Of a DNA stretch of 64,000 nt, positions 63,902-64,000 are shown piece by piece (positions within the stretch are counted from its first letter, which is position 1; each line of letters starts with the position of its first letter). This DNA comes from Vermamoeba vermiformis. Lineage: Eukaryota. The position numbers were made by a program, and so were the translations under genes. Location: the NCBI GenBank assembly GCA_045837725.1, contig JBEWZL010000289.1, forward strand, positions 1-64,000. The letters are read 5' to 3'. The notes below the pieces were generated by a model. The model did no database searches and was not told where the DNA came from. It saw nothing but the letters and a program-made list of their open reading frames with translations.

Positions 63902-64000
63902 GCTGATCTAGAGTAATTTGGGTTAATTTTGAAGAAGCAGCTATGTTACCAACTAAAAATACTTTTAAAAACTAGTGGTACGTAAAACAGAAACTATGAG

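Overview
Gene-dense, AT-rich eukaryotic DNA with short (mostly ~45-110 nt) GT-AG introns. The gene content (hybrid histidine kinase, TKL kinases, U6 snRNA, a selenoprotein with SECIS, many F-box genes) suggests a free-living protist, plausibly an amoebozoan; this is inference. The most striking element is a four-gene family (1286-3689, 3927-6455, 12897-15429, 15564-18197). Each copy encodes a ~150-aa beta-rich N-terminal domain (putative p53/Ndt80-like DNA-binding fold), a low-complexity linker, a peptidase S74 / intramolecular-chaperone autocleavage (ICA) domain with an intact S-D-x-x-x-K motif, a coiled coil, one TM helix and a variable LRR ectodomain. This looks like MYRF/MrfA-type self-cleaving membrane transcription factors fitted with LRR sensor domains. 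The ICA exons are nearly identical between copies while both ends diverge in mosaic fashion. The family sits among an LRR receptor kinase, two permuted papain-like peptidase paralogues and a patatin phospholipase. Elsewhere: a ZZ-finger-fused carboxylic-acid-reductase-like A-T-R enzyme next to a P450, a selenoprotein H-like gene (CxxU, UGA, SECIS), U6 snRNA, a PAS histidine kinase, a bacterial-like hydrolase fusion and LLM oxidoreductase, a second P450, a Kv channel, a TPR-kinase and a PA-like multi-TM protein. Several single-base frameshifts are probably assembly indels. CDS coordinates are gene spans including introns.
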